A DNA stretch of 64,000 nucleotides, from contig JBEWZL010000200.1 in the NCBI GenBank assembly GCA_045837725.1, positions 1 to 64,000 of the forward strand, in the 5' to 3' direction. Under the pieces are notes generated by a model. That model searched no databases and was not told where the DNA came from. It saw only the letters and a list, made by a program, of their open reading frames with translations. The position numbers were made by a program, and so were the translations under genes. Shown here in pieces: positions 11,832 through 25,500 of the stretch (the stretch's first letter is position 1; the number at the start of each line of letters is the position of its first letter). Source of the stretch: Vermamoeba vermiformis. Lineage: Eukaryota.

Positions 11832-13996
11832 TTAGTTCTTAATAACGTTGTTCTTAAGGTAAGCTTGCATTCTGGGGAACATAGGAGTACCGAGACCAGT
11901 CACGGCGTCCCAGCCCTGAGTAGCGACGAAACCAGTAGAACCGCAGCAAGACTCAGTGCAGTAGTTGTTGCCAGTGGTGATGTCAGTGTAAGTGCTCTGG
12001 TCAGCAGCGTACATCTTGTACAACAAGGGGTTGGCAAAACCAATAGGGTTCTTGCCGTGGTCCAACAAGTAGCTGTTCAAGAGAGCAATGACAGCACCGA
12101 ACACGGGAGAGGAGGCAGAAGTACCGTCGACTTGAACAAAACCGCCGTCAGAACCCAAGTAGATGAGGTAGTTGTGACCGTTGGCAGCGACGTCAGGGAA
12201 GGCGCGGTTGGAAGCATTGTATTGACCGGTAGGAAGATTCGTGGCAATCTTCAAGTAGTTATTGACGTAGGCCTTTTGCCAGCCAGGCATGCTGCTAACG
12301 AAAGAAAAGCCACCGCCGGAAGTGATCAAGGAAGCTAAACAATAAGGTTAACGAAATCACAGAGACGAACTTCGAACGTACTAGGATAAGAGCAAGATGT
12401 TTCGGTGGTGATGGTGGCGCAAGTGAAACTGTAAGGCATTAATTAATGTTCGCTGCGAATAAAATGAGCTCAGACTTACCCCTGTTGTTTGCAAATAGGA
12501 GGTTGGTTCGCTTGACGCTTGTTGTTGGAACTGGATTGGTACAACATGGTGGCACCAACGGAAGTGACCCAAGGAGAGGCACCAGGGAAGATGTTGGAGA
12601 TAGTACCAGCGCAGGAAGTGTCTTCGTCACCAGGAGCACCTTGATCACCAGAAGCGGCCAACAAAGTGATGCCCTTCAAACCGATCTTCATGAACTCGAC
12701 GTTGACCTTGTTCACGTAATCGAAGGATTGTTGAGTGGTCGAGCAACCAGTGATCTGGCATTGCAAGTCTTCGGGCCAGCCCCAAGACATCGAAACAGCA
12801 AGAGGGAAGCTCTTGGCGTTGAAGAGACCAGTGGCAAACTCGTACATCCAGTTGTTGACGGTCCAGTACCAGAAAGTAGTGTTCAAGGCAAGCGAGGCAC
12901 CATACTGCGACACGAATTAGCGATGAGGTACATACTTAAGGTGGAATTAGACTTACTTGAACATCGAGAGTGGACTCAGCAGACGGGCTGTTGGGCAAGA
13001 AAGGACCGACGATCTTGCTGACAACAACTTTCTCGTTCATTCCTTGGTTGAAGGCGGTCATATCGGCGGCTGCGTAAGCACCGTTTTGGCTGGTAATGAA
13101 CTCAGCGACACCATAAGAGCTCTGCTTGTTGACCCAGTAGTTGGCAGGAATCTTGTACATGTTTCTCAATTGACCGGGATAGATGTAACCAAGGGGATCA
13201 GTTTGCTCAACATCACGCTTGCTGAGGAACTTAGAGTTACCACCAACAATAGACTTGGGAACGAGCTCGGTAAGACCCATAACCATTTCAACAACGTTAA
13301 GGTTATCAGGGATGTGAACCTCACCGAAGGCACGGACGACGGTGGTGCCTAAACAACGGTGATCAGATCAGATTTAAGGATCAAAAACGTTTTTGTGGCT
13401 TACCGTGCTCAGTGGACTTGAAGTTGTACATTTGAGTGTGGAACATGCGTTCAATGACGCCAATAGGAGCAGCAACCTTAATGAAGTCACGACCGGAGAC
13501 GTCGATCTGAGTGACTTCGAAGGATTGGAGCCAAGCAACAACGGGCTTGATCTCTTCGCTTGAAGGAGCGATCAAATCAAGAATTTGTTCAGAAGTCCAC
13601 CATTTGCCTAGAAAACGTAAAGGAGATCAGTTACCTACATCCACAAAATTCTTTCTTTTGAGGTAACTCACCGTAGTTAGGAGACTCAGGATCAGAGACA
13701 TCGAGAAGAGTAGCCTGATTTTATACAGAATCGGTTAGTTTGGAGCAAAAGAACTATCGATCGACTCTTCAGTACAATTTTTGTAACTTTATCAAAAAAA
13801 ATCAAAATAATTCGTTTGCCTCGAGAACATCGAGATTCTTTTGAACCAAAGCCAAACTGAAAGTATGGACTTGAGTAGGGTTGGCACGAGAGAGCTTGAC
13901 GAATTTGTCGGGCACTTGGTAGCGAACGTTCATGAGTTTAGCATTGATCATCGCAACAGCGAAGACCAAAGCCAAAACGACTGTAATGCGAGCCAT
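11832..13996 (-). CDS. S53 family peptidase, copy 4, intact
   Basis: Signal peptide, ESTLDVQ, LAASGD, RAFPDVAA, DGTSAS, GWDAVTGLGTP. Confidence 0.93.
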
Positions 13997-14217
13997 CTTG
14001 TCTTACGTTAATAAAACTAAAAACAAACAAACAAAGATTTTTCGTACGAATGTGTAGCGCTATTTCCTCCCTGTTTTTTGGGGAGGCAATTTGTGGCGCC
14101 AACTTACATTTTCTTCGGAACGTTCGAATTTTACGCAATCACCTTTCAACTTACGCAATACCTTAATAATACTCACCAAAAGCGAAGCTCAAAGCTTAAT
14201 TTATTTGAGTAATTGGA

Positions 14218-15335
14218 CTAATGGCCGTGGCTGTGGCTATGTCCACCGTGACCACCGCACGATCCACCGTCGCCATGGCTGTGGCTATGGCTGTGACCGC
14301 CGTGACCACCGCCACCTTGCTGAGCCAACTGCTGTAATTGCATGAAAAGATTGTTGTAATCAGCTTGAGTCAGCGTCTAACAACAGTTAGAAGAAGATCA
14401 GATTGCCTGAAAAATAATGTATTGTGCTTACTCTGTTGTTGACAACCATAGTAGCTACCGAGTCAACAGGCATATGCTCTTCGACGACCATATCAACAAG
14501 TTGCATGAGCATCTGTTGGAACAAGAACTGGTTCTTGCGTGGATCTTCTTCGTTATGCTCCGATCCGTCGGCGAAAGTGTAGGTCAAAATACCAGTAGGC
14601 TTGAACTCCACCTTGGTGATGACCTTAGTATGGGCATCGGCGGGGTTGCCCTTCAACACCCAATGATCGCCCTGTCGTTCCTTAACCTCGTATCTGCGAC
14701 CCTTCTCAACGCGCTCAGCAGCGATCTTCTCCATTGCCTCTGCAGGGACGTATTAGAATATGATGTTACTACAACAAACAAATTACCCATAGTGGCGGTG
14801 GAGGACGATGGCAAAGCCTTCAATGAGGTGCAGATCCAAGGCTCGGACTTGTCGTAGTCGAACTCGAAAACAGCGGTCCAGTCTCCAGGGAAATCGGTCT
14901 CAAACATGTCCCAGTCAGGCCAGAGTTTGACAGTAGCGACAAACTTGACAGGAGATACGACCTCGCTGATGATACCGTAGAACTTGATCCTATGGCACTT
15001 GTCAGTCAACCTACGCTCGTAAGTTGTTGAACTTTGCGATGCTTACCAATTCTTTCCGTGCTTGGGAGTTTTTAAGTTGAAGTTGCAGCAGAAGCCAAGA
15101 CCTATTATAGAACAGTTAGTAGGGACCGGGGCATGTGCGCTCGGGATCCGACATACCAACACGAGGCTTCTTGCCAAAGAAGAACATTTCGTAGTTAGAA
15201 GGATGATACATCGCTCCACCGAAGTCCTTTTCATAGAGCTGCCATTGACGTCAGTATTACAAACAAAAGAACGAACAATTTGACCGGTCAACATACCTGT
15301 GTTGTCTTCGTGTTCACGAAACCTTCGCTGCACAT
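14218..15335 (-). CDS. Uncharacterised protein with a His/Gly-rich C-terminal tail
   Basis: Six exons splice in frame from MCSEGFVNTKTTQ to ...GGHGGHSHSHSHGDGGSCGGHGGHSHSHGH*. Confidence 0.8.
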
Positions 15336-15419
15336 TTGAGGCAAGTCAAAAGTAAACTTTTGGCCAGGGCCCTCAGAGTAGACCTCTAATTAAATGACGC
15401 GGCGTTAGTCTAACGATAA

Positions 15420-16331
15420 TCAATCGAGAGCAAGCGGGCACGAACCTCCTCCATGAGCTTGCAAGAACTTGGCAACCTCAGTGTGTCCGCCTTCTTTAGC
15501 CATGGCCAAAGGTGTTGTGTTGCGCGAGGTCTTAACGTTGACGTTAGCGCCGTGCTTAATTAAGACCTTGGCGCACTCAAGGTTGCCGTGGCATCCGCAG
15601 TAGTGCAACGGGGTCTCCAACAAGAAATTGGCCTTGTTCAAGTCAATAGGAACATTCTGTGCCTTGCACGTGTCGATAAGGAGCTAAATGAAGCCATTAG
15701 AGAATGCATTGCATTATTAGAAAAGCTCACCTCGAGGCAGGCGCCAGATTCGTCTCTCAAAGCGGCGTGAACGGAAGTACTAAAGAAAGTTATTGTTATT
15801 TAGTGAACATGAACAACATTTATACAAAAGATACGCAAACTAAGTTTACTAAGTTTACTACCAGATGTCAAATAATAAATAAATTTAAATTGTGGTTATG
15901 GTCTTTGATTCCAATAAAAATAAATATATTTTACTCATATTAGATTATCAAAAAATATTATTGAATTTTAAAAGGCTCCTTCCACGAATTTCGAAGGACA
16001 GATCGAAAATTAAATAAAATTTGGTAAAGTCATTTGATCGTCTGCGCGTATGTAGTACTTACAATCCTTGAACAACGTCACGCTTGTTTGGATCTGCCTT
16101 GGCTCTGATGAGAGCTTTCATGATCGGACCGAAAATTTTCGGCGCGTCAGCGTAAAGAGCGCAGGCCAAGTGCAAGGCAGTCTCTTTATCTACATTACGA
16201 GCATTGACGTCGGTAGTAGGATCAGCAAGCAAGTCACTGACTTTGCTCAAATCTCCTTCCTGTACCGCGCGATGCAAGGGCCAGTTCTTGCGAACCTTTA
16301 CTTGTTGCTGTTGCTCTTGAGTCTTTTCCAT
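15420..16331 (-). CDS. Small ankyrin-repeat protein
   Basis: WPLHRAVQEG, ETALHLAC, ETPLHYCGCHGNLECAKVLIKHGANVN, TTPLAMA; three exons. Confidence 0.9.
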
Positions 16332-16597
16332 GATTAACGAGTTGTTGTTACTGCTCGATCGGAATAAAAGAATAAAAGCGGACGCCTATTTAACCCTGCT
16401 TTCCGTCAACCAGGGCAGATTCGTGGATTTACCTAGTCGATAATTTCTCAGGTAGTCCATCAAAAAAACGTCAAAAAACTACTTGGAATGTTCGACTAAC
16501 AGTACGTCATTAAGACGTAGATGCTATACGAACATCATTTTACTAATCTACTTAAGTTACTAACATCCACAAACTGCGCAAGCAAAAGACGCAAAAG

Positions 16598-17228
16598 TTA
16601 CTTGCCCTTGAGCTCTCTCTTTTCTGCTTCATGAATTAGCTTCGAGGTGTCTTTCAGCTTGCGATCGAGGATGTTCATTTCTCGTTCGTAGTCCCTAAAA
16701 ATAATAAATGCGAAATTAGATTCGGTCTTTGCCTAAAATAAACCTCATATCTAATTGGAGGTAAGTTTCTGGAACTTTATCGTACTTTTGAAGCTTTTTG
16801 GCGTCTTTTGCTTCGCGTTTGGCGGTGTCGAGACGCTTCTCAATGACTTTGCGGCGTTCCTTGGCGTCCTTTACTTCTTGTTTTGCCGCTACGAGCTGTT
16901 GCTTAATTTGTAGCGCGATTTGATTGGAGCTTTGAGCGCGGTGCATCTGCGCACTTCTTTTATTATCGAGATCGTTCCATTGTGATTTTGCCTCGGCCTC
17001 CATTCTTCTCGCTTCGTCAAGAGACACCACCGTATTCTGTGCGTCTATACGAAACCATGCATTAGCATTTTACATTGTATTGATCTTTCGTGTCTGCTTC
17101 GACTTCTTAGCCCAGTACTTACTCTGAACAGGCTGGTTGTAATAGGTATTTGCGCTATAATTAGAAGGCGGCTGAGGCTCTCTAATCGGAGCTACGTTGC
17201 TATTAGATTGTTGTTGTATAGTCGTCAT
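16598..17228 (-). CDS. Small Lys/Glu/Ala-rich coiled-coil protein
   Basis: Three exons; SLDEARRMEAEAK...KQEVKDAKERRK...EAEKRELKGK*. Confidence 0.7.
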
Positions 17229-17610
17229 CTCTTCCACTTCGGCGAACAGATTTGCAATTGTCAAATTATCTTGGGGTGATTTAGCAACAGACTAGTGTTG
17301 CTTGTTGGTTGATAAGTGCGGTTTATGAAGATTACTGAAGTTGTTTCGTTTGTAGAACCTTTTTGAGACGTGTCGCTACAGATCTCTCATGAATTTCTGG
17401 TCTAAGACTGGTTCGCGGGAATCTCTCAGCAAGCTGTCATAAAGACTTGAAGCAGCTTGGGTACGCACGTCATGGTTAGCTCGAAGGATTATGTGCCTCA
17501 TTAGCTCGAATCTAAAAGATCGGATTAGCTTTTGACGCTGAAGAGTTTGATTAAGCTGCGTAATATTACCCCACGAGAAAAACATTCGCCAAGAAAATCT
17601 TTTGTCAGGT

Positions 17611-18251
17611 TTAGTTTATTGCCTGCTTGCTTCGAGGCTTGTATCCGCCATCCAGAGGGTACTCTGCAAGTAGCTCTCGCTTTTCAATATCTTCAGGCGT
17701 CTGCGTTTTAAAATATGCAAATGCTTCTCTAACTTCGCCAGCACCATTGACAGGCGTAAGAGATACTGGTAGCCGCATGTACAGATGAGGACACTCCTCG
17801 AACTCATCTAAGCGTGCTAAATGTTCTTTATCAACGGTAAATATTTCTCCTAATATTTGGTGACCAACACCTGGCTTATTATAAAGCGCAGGCACGTGTG
17901 AATGAAGTTCAGACACATCCTAAAATTTCAAGTTAATAAGCGAATAATTAAGCTAATAATCGTTAAAAATTAATAGTGTTATATGTCTATAAAATTACGC
18001 AAATAAATAATAAATAGGGTGCACGAAAGAAGCTGCTTCAAAAAAACCGTTGGTTACCTCTTGTAAAGAAATAATAATCATTGGAAACTTCTCTACTGTT
18101 TTGTATTCGCCTACAAATTCGGCTCCTCGCATTTGAACAAAATTATGGAAGTTTCTACGTAGACCAGATTAGAAAAGTGCAGTCGGAAAAATTCATGCTT
18201 AGCTTACCTTTTCAACGTTCCATAAACAAATACGTGCACTCTATCAGCCAT
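17611..18251 (-). CDS. Gamma-glutamylcyclotransferase / AIG2-like (GGACT-like) protein
   Basis: MADRVHVFVYGTLKR; ILGEIFTVD...LARLDEFEECPHLYMR. Confidence 0.88.
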
Positions 18252-18429
18252 TTCTCTTACTGTCGTTTTGTGCTATTATAACGTCGTAAAGCATCAAAAT
18301 AAAACACAAAAAGAAAATCGTTTTTTTGTCAACCTCCGCTGCGGAATTCAGTTCGCTTTTAAATACGAGCGTGATAGCACATTCAAATACACGACAATAG
18401 AGCAAATATTTCACGTGTAACGCCAAGCA

Positions 18430-19312
18430 ATGGAGATCGAACCTGGAACCACTAATGCCGCAGAAGCACCTCCCGCACCAGCTGGACCTGCACCGCCTAA
18501 GAGTGAGTAATTTATTTTAATATAGTGCTTAGTAAGCGTCTTCCGCTAAGTAAAGGGAGTTTTTGGAAAACAAAGAAAACTTTATTTTCAATTATAATAT
18601 TGCAAAATACGGGCAATCGAAGGGATTAATTTTAAAATTAGTATTTTGATTGTTTATCAGCTAATTATGCGATAATTCTTTGCAACTTTAATTAACGCTC
18701 GTATTTTTAATTAATTCGAATTCTCCCTCCATATTTTTACGATCGAAGACTGCTTGACTATTAATACATAATTAATTCGTATTTATAATGCGCTTGTGAA
18801 TGATCGTGTGTTTGTACTGTCGGAGCAGATCCGATCAGACCTTTTGTGAAAACTTCAGGTACAATACTAACCGTTATATCTTTTATTCATTAGTCCTCAC
18901 GCTTGCCGAGGCTCGAGATTTGGATTCACAAGCTAAATCTAAAGCAATGGAAAGCAATAGACACTCTGAAGATTGTCTCAAAGCAGCCCAAGAAGCCAAA
19001 CGAAATGAAACTGATGCCAAGCAGCGCGTGAAGACTATTAAGCAAGAAATTAAAGACGCGCAGAAAAGACAAAAAGAAGCTGAAAAGACCGCAAAAATAG
19101 CCGCTAAAGAATCGAAGGAAAAGAAAAAACAAGCAGATCAGGCGAAAAAGGTAAAATACCAACCCTTCGTTAGCATTATATCGTAGAATTTATTGAATAG
19201 TTATATTTATTTCGTTTTATGACTTTAGGAGGCAAAAACAGCGGACAAAAATGCGAAGGTTGCGGCAAAACAACTAAAGGACGCTGAAAAGCGAGAGAAA
19301 AAGAAGAAATAA
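18430..19312 (+). CDS. Small Lys/Glu/Ala-rich coiled-coil protein related to the 16598-17228 gene
   Basis: MEIEPGTTNAAEAPPAPAGPAPPK exon, then LTLAEARDLDSQAK...KQEIKDAQKRQK...DAEKREKKKK*. Confidence 0.72.
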
Positions 19313-19434
19313 CGATAATAAGATTATTTTGTATCGTATAGATGTAATTATAAACTTTATTTATTAGTTCAGTCGTTAAATTTTGCATCCAATTTATTTT
19401 TCCTTCGGTCAGTTAGACGTCACCACAGATCGCG

Positions 19435-22038
19435 ATGGAGAATACAAAAAATGATAGCATGAACGTAGATTTGGCAGAGAAGAAGGTACCTGAATGGGTG
19501 AATCCGTTTCCTGACAGCGAGCATAACCCAGCTCTTCCATTGATCTGTGGTCAACGAGGAGTGGTCTTTCAAAATTATTATTACGTGATACAGGGCTACG
19601 ATGGAGAATATACAACAGATTGCTATTGCTACGCGTTAGGTAAGATTTATTTTTAATTATTAATAATTTAGAATTCAGTTTTGAGGCGTCATAAAGCTCA
19701 CAACTTGCTCCTATTTAGCTTGTTACGAGGACAATATTTAAACTATTTTTGATAATTTAAAAATCAATTTTTGCAACCCAAATTGAAAGACTGACTTGTT
19801 GCTGTAGATCGAAAGGAATGGATGCCGTTTTATCCATTGAAAGACGCGGACGATTTGGAAGATGTCGGCTGGCAATATCATTCAATTGTTTTAGACGGTC
19901 ATTTAGCGTACATCTTCGGTGGTGCAAGAGACGATAACGGTCTGAATCAACAACTTTCAAACGAAGTGTGGTGCATCGACTTACGTAAGTTGTTATAATA
20001 TTATTACAATAAGGCGAGCGTTTAGATGAGGACGATCAAGTTAAAGAGATAATTCTGCAAATGCAAACAAATCCGCTTTTTTTTTCTTTTCTCAGAACTC
20101 ATAAGATCTTGCTAGGCACGACTCAAAAATACTCTGTTTGTCGAAATGGATTGCCTAGTCCACGATACTTACATACTGCCGTGCTCTACGACAAAAAAAT
20201 GTGGATCTTTGGTGGCCGTACAGGCGTCGATGCACAGAGCTTGAACGACCTATTTTGCTTTGATCTCGGTAACAAATTACAATCATTTGTATATTTTAAT
20301 TAATATTAATTTTAATTTTAATCCAGAGACGAAGACCTGGAAAGAAATTCATTCGACGAATCAAGCACCAGCGCCACGAAGAGCTCACACGAGTTTCGTT
20401 CATGAAGACAGAATGTACATATTTGGCGGGTGGAATGGAAGTGAATGCTTTAATGACATGTGGTTTTATGATTTTGGTACGTACAGAAATCTCGATGTGG
20501 ATCCACACCTTTTTGTTACTATACTACTATTTCAAGCGATTTTTTGATACTTTAGTCTCAACTTTATAACGATATTATTAATTAAGTTATTTATTTAGAA
20601 TTAAATGAATGGGTACCAGTAGACCAAAAAGGCGATGTGCCGTCAGAACGAGAAATCGAATGTAACGCAGAGTACGGTGGAGAATATTATATATTTGGTG
20701 GAGCGTCTAATGGCACTCAAGATAATACTTTATTTGCGTTTAATCCAGGTACCTACCGTAGACCAGATCCAGATCTTGGATCGAATAATTTTTGTTACTG
20801 CGTACTAACACTCTATGCAGTTACGTCTACTTGGCGAATAGTTGAAACTAAAAATAACCCACCTGAGCGCGAAAGTCACGTGCTTGTGGCTTGCAAAAAT
20901 AAGTTACTGGTGCACGGAGGTTTTAGCATGTTTCGTTTAAACGATATTTACGAGCTAGGTAAGCAAAAGAATTAAAAGAATTAATATTTATTTATTAATT
21001 ACAATAATAAGAGCTGCCTATCGTGGAGACTAAGCCGAAAAATTTGTTCGAGAAATTTCAAGAGGACATGCGCAAATTATACAAGAATCGTAACGAATCA
21101 GTATGCAAGCAATTACTACGTATCAGATGCCCTCAAATCAATAGCAGTGCAATTGCGTTTGAAAATCCAAGTCCTGTCGAGGAGATTTTTCTCGAGTGGC
21201 TCTTTACTGATACCATCAACGAAGAGAAGTTTTTGTTTCAGCTTAAAGACGCACATAACATATTTGGCGAGGCATTGAATTGGGCGAGGACGAACGGAGT
21301 AACAAAATTAGCCGATTGGCTCTTGAACTTGGCAACCAGATCTCTTTGCCACGATAATTACGCAGATTTTTTACAATACACTTCCGAACCGGTTATTCAA
21401 GATAGGTAATAATACTTAGTATTTACGTGTTATATATGATTATATTTATGATGGTTTCAAAGGTGTGAGTTTATCCACAATCAAATGACCAATAAGAACT
21501 ATCCTACTAATGTTCATCCCGACAACTTTATTTATCAATACAACTCAACATTGCAAGATGATATGTTAAAATTGCTAAAAGAAGAATCAGACGTCGTATT
21601 ACAACTACCTAACAACGTCACCATGCCGTTACACTCTTGGATCGTGGATCTGAGGTAACTCTTCAAGCTCGCTTTTTGTGATTAATACTAATCATTTAAT
21701 ATCGTAGATGTCCTTATTTTAAGAGCAGTATAGATTTCAACTCGTTAAATGCTCAGCGGACGAAGGTTATTAAGCATGAACCGAAGATCTCGATGTCGGC
21801 ATTAGAATCGATTTTGAAGTATATCTACAGCGGAAAATTAGAGTTTTTGGTTGAAGATTACTTTGATATTGTCAAAGAAGCCAGTTACTACATGATTGAC
21901 GATGAAATGTTTTATTCCGCCATGAGCGACGAATTCATGAAACGAGTAACGAAAGAAGACAAAGAAAGATTGTTAGAACTCGTGAAGAAATATGAAGGAA
22001 ACTTCTTAGGAGAGCTACAATACCTCCAAGAGCTGTAA
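19435..22038 (+). CDS. Kelch-repeat and BTB domain protein (LZTR1-like architecture)
   Basis: PSPRYLHTAV...MWIFGG, PAPRRAHTS...MYIFGG, LLVHGG repeats; C-terminal BTB-like SDVVL...PLHSWIVDLRCPYF...LESILKYIYSG. Confidence 0.85.
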
Positions 22039-22158
22039 TAAAGCCACGTGGACCAAGTTTTCCGGAATTTACCTTGTGACTTTGCGCGGAAAAAAAATCG
22101 CCGGTTTATTTCCTCGAATCTCTTGCAACATGAACACCTCACGAGCTGAAGTTAGAAC

Positions 22159-22452
22159 TTGGAGCCAAGTAGAGCATTCTGCTACTCATGCCTTGCTACT
22201 GAAGCACACGATGGGCCTGCTTTAAAGAAGCGAAAACTGGATACGGATCTTACGCTGCTCGAAGAAACTGAAAAGAAAATGGATATAGACTTGAATAATT
22301 ACGGTTATTCTTACATCGTCGACTTGCCGCCAGAAATTCTGCTTCAAATCTTCGAACTATTTCGAAGTAACAACTTACGTGCTTTCGCTTTAAATTTTAT
22401 GTTTTACTATGGAATCTATTATTCTCACGAACAAACCGTGTTTATAAACTGA
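22159..22452 (+). pseudogene. Truncated F-box-like fragment
   Basis: LKKRKLDTD then IVDLPPEILLQIFELF; no in-frame ATG upstream of the basic motif and little room before the convergent DOCK stop. Confidence 0.4.
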
Positions 22453-22540
22453 ACGAATTGACACGAAGTTAATTTTAATTAGTCTCTCAGTTGTGCAGTA
22501 AAAATATTCACTGTAAGAAGTGTAGTGAAAATGGAGGTCT

Positions 22541-25500
22541 CTACAAGCTTAATTTGGACACGTGCTCGTTGAAAGTCTTCTTGAATCCAGCAAGTGTGCC
22601 TTCCAATTGCAAATGTAATCCACGCATGTTTTCGCCGACCAATCTCTCGTGAACTTTCATGCCTGATTCGATGACATTAGAAAAAATATAATACGTTAAT
22701 ATTATGGCCTTATCAATCTCTTACCAGTCTCGCAAGCTTCGATCTGATCGACGAACAAATCTTTCAATTGAACGATTTGTGCTTTCTTGCTCGGATTCTC
22801 ATTGATGAACACAGGGTTCAAAAACACTTCTTTGTAAAGTGCTGGACCTCCGTTAACAGCTGCGTCAATGACACCTATTTAAGAAAAGTGTTAAAATTAA
22901 ATTTATGTTTAGATCGGATCCGGATTCACCCATTCGAAATTTGACAATATTATATTACCTTTCAATAACATAGTCAAAGGACTAATGTTAATGCCAGCCT
23001 TGTCGTATTTCTCGATTCCTTCGTAAATTTCCTTGTTCTTCGAGCTCATGAAGGTGATCGAGTTGTCGATAGGCTCCAAAGTTTGCTATTAAATGTATTA
23101 ATATAAGAGCTGTTTTAATATATAATAAGTGCCAACGAACCTCCTTGGTATCAACAATAGCTGCACGACGTTGAATGTAAGGCAGTTTTTTCGCGGTAAT
23201 GAAGAAGGTCTTCTTGATCCACAAGTCGGCAATTTCTTCAGCGGGAGTCTCACCTTTCTTCTTATTCTTTCTGAAAGGTCTATAATAACATCATTAGTAT
23301 AAGAACACTCAAATTTATGCTTAGATTTGTCTTACCTTGAGTAAACGAATACATCAATGTTGTTGACAGTGACATATTTTTGAGCTTCAAGCGGCATGGC
23401 ATCGCTCAACTTGCGCTCTTTGCCTTCAAGTTCTTCTTGGCTTCCCGGCTTGACTGCAAAGATTTGCAAGTCTGATCAAAATTAGCACGTGACGCGTCAT
23501 CTTTGGGTCTGAAAGTGTGACACTTACATTGCTTATCCGAGTTGAGAATGTCGGCGGGAGGAATCTCCGTGTACGTCAATGTTTCAGCTTGCGGGAAACG
23601 ACGCTTAATGCGTGCAGTGAAGTCGTCAAGTCTCTCCAACATATTGCCCTTGTAGATGAACTCTTTGTTCTAGAACTAAGTTTTAGCGATCGCTTGGTCC
23701 AGCCCACTTCCAAATAAGGAAATATTTTCGTAGTACTTACAGCGTACTCGCCAAAACCTTTGCCGTAGAATCCGACGCGGAAGTACTCGTGGTAAATGCG
23801 CTCGACGGTGCTGATGTTTTGATAGAACGACGCTTCTTGCTTCAACAACTCAGCGAGTTGGATGTAATCGAAATCAAAGTTTTTGTATTGCGAGGCCAGG
23901 GCGTCCATGACGTTAATCGCCTCTTCCCAGAACTTGCCCTTTTCGAACAACGTGATAGCAGTCTTGTACAAACCGACCTTTCTATCGCGTTCAAGAGCCG
24001 CAGGAAGTTTGCTGACTTCTTCAGCGGGCAAAGGCTTGAGCGACCAACCGAGCAATTTAGCTGCACAGAAAAATTAGAGATCCAATGACACGTGTCAAAA
24101 GTGTCAAAGTGTCAAAGTGTCATACCGTGCAACAAGACAGCGTGCGCGGCTTCAACCCAGTTTTCGAGTGATTTGTGGAACTGAATAAGTTGATGCAAGT
24201 ACTTGGTGTACAAGTTGTAACGCTCGGTCTTCTTCAAGTAGTCCATCATGTTGACAATGCCTGACACTTTGTCGTCTTCGTAAGCAACGTCCTTTGACAT
24301 GGATTTCAACTCGATCAATCGGTGCATCAACTGCAAGGTCTCGTTAGTATCGCACATACATTACAAACTAAAATTTGACTTACGTTGCGGATGTCCTCGA
24401 GATAAGCTTTGCCTGCGGCCTTCATTTCAGCGTTGCTGGACTTTTCGAACAAATCGAGCAAGCTCTGAATGAAGAAGTTCAAGAAGTTCTTGTCGGCGAG
24501 GCCCTGGTTGATGAGTTGATCAAAGTGTTCGATAGTCTGGTACTCGACTTCTTTGAGTTGATTTGTCTGTTGGAACTCTTCTTCGATCATTTGGAAGTAC
24601 AAATCAACACCAGTTTGTCTGATATCAGCTTGGTTCATCTGCAAAAGATAAAAAGTGAGCCAAAAGGTGCATATTTAATTATAGATCGTTCGTTTACGTA
24701 CCAACATTAATTCGATTAATGGACCAATCACGTGCGAGACCAAATGGATTTGGTACTTGCCCAAGACTTCAGACAATTGACGCAAGATGCTACAAGCACC
24801 AAGGCGCATGTCTCCGTACCTTTTTAACACCACCTTGTTAGCTACAAAAGGCGTGTCTGATCGTTGACTTACAGCTCGTTCACGATGGCGAGTTTTGAAG
24901 GCACGAAAGTCTCAACGGCCAAAACCTTCGATCGAATGAACGTGATCAACATGCGAGTGAACTTCAACCACAATTGTTCGCCCTACATTTTCACGTCAAC
25001 ATTAGTGCTTCAAATGATCATGCGAATGACACGTACCTTGGCTTTAGCGGAAACTTCCCACAACTTTTCTTGACTTTGCCACTTGGCCTTGAGCGAGTTT
25101 TCGATCAATGTGCCTGCATCCAAACTGCTCTTTCTTTTCATGTGCGAGACGGATCCAGGACTGTTTCTGAATCTCGAAACTGCCGTCTTCTTCTCGTTCA
25201 ACAAATTATCAGAGCTCGAATGAGGCGATAAGACTGGTGAACTGCTAGGGGAGACGGGCTGAGGAGCAGCCTTGGGAGGTGCAGGCATCGGTCTGGCGTT
25301 TTGACCAGGCGTAGGCGATCTGGCCTTGAGATTGGTCAAGAAAGCGTTCTTAGCCATTGCAAGACTACGCTGGTGCATTTGATTAGGTCTCTGTTGCGAT
25401 TGGAATTGCGCGTATGATTGCTGAATGTTCGTCTTGTCGGCTTGGATTTGCTGTTGCATTGGCGAGAACTTTGGTGACGCGCCTTGCGGACCGGGACCAG

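Noticed and set aside
11781-13352. Long plus-strand ORFs opposite S53 copy 4
   Set aside because: Antisense shadows caused by codon bias
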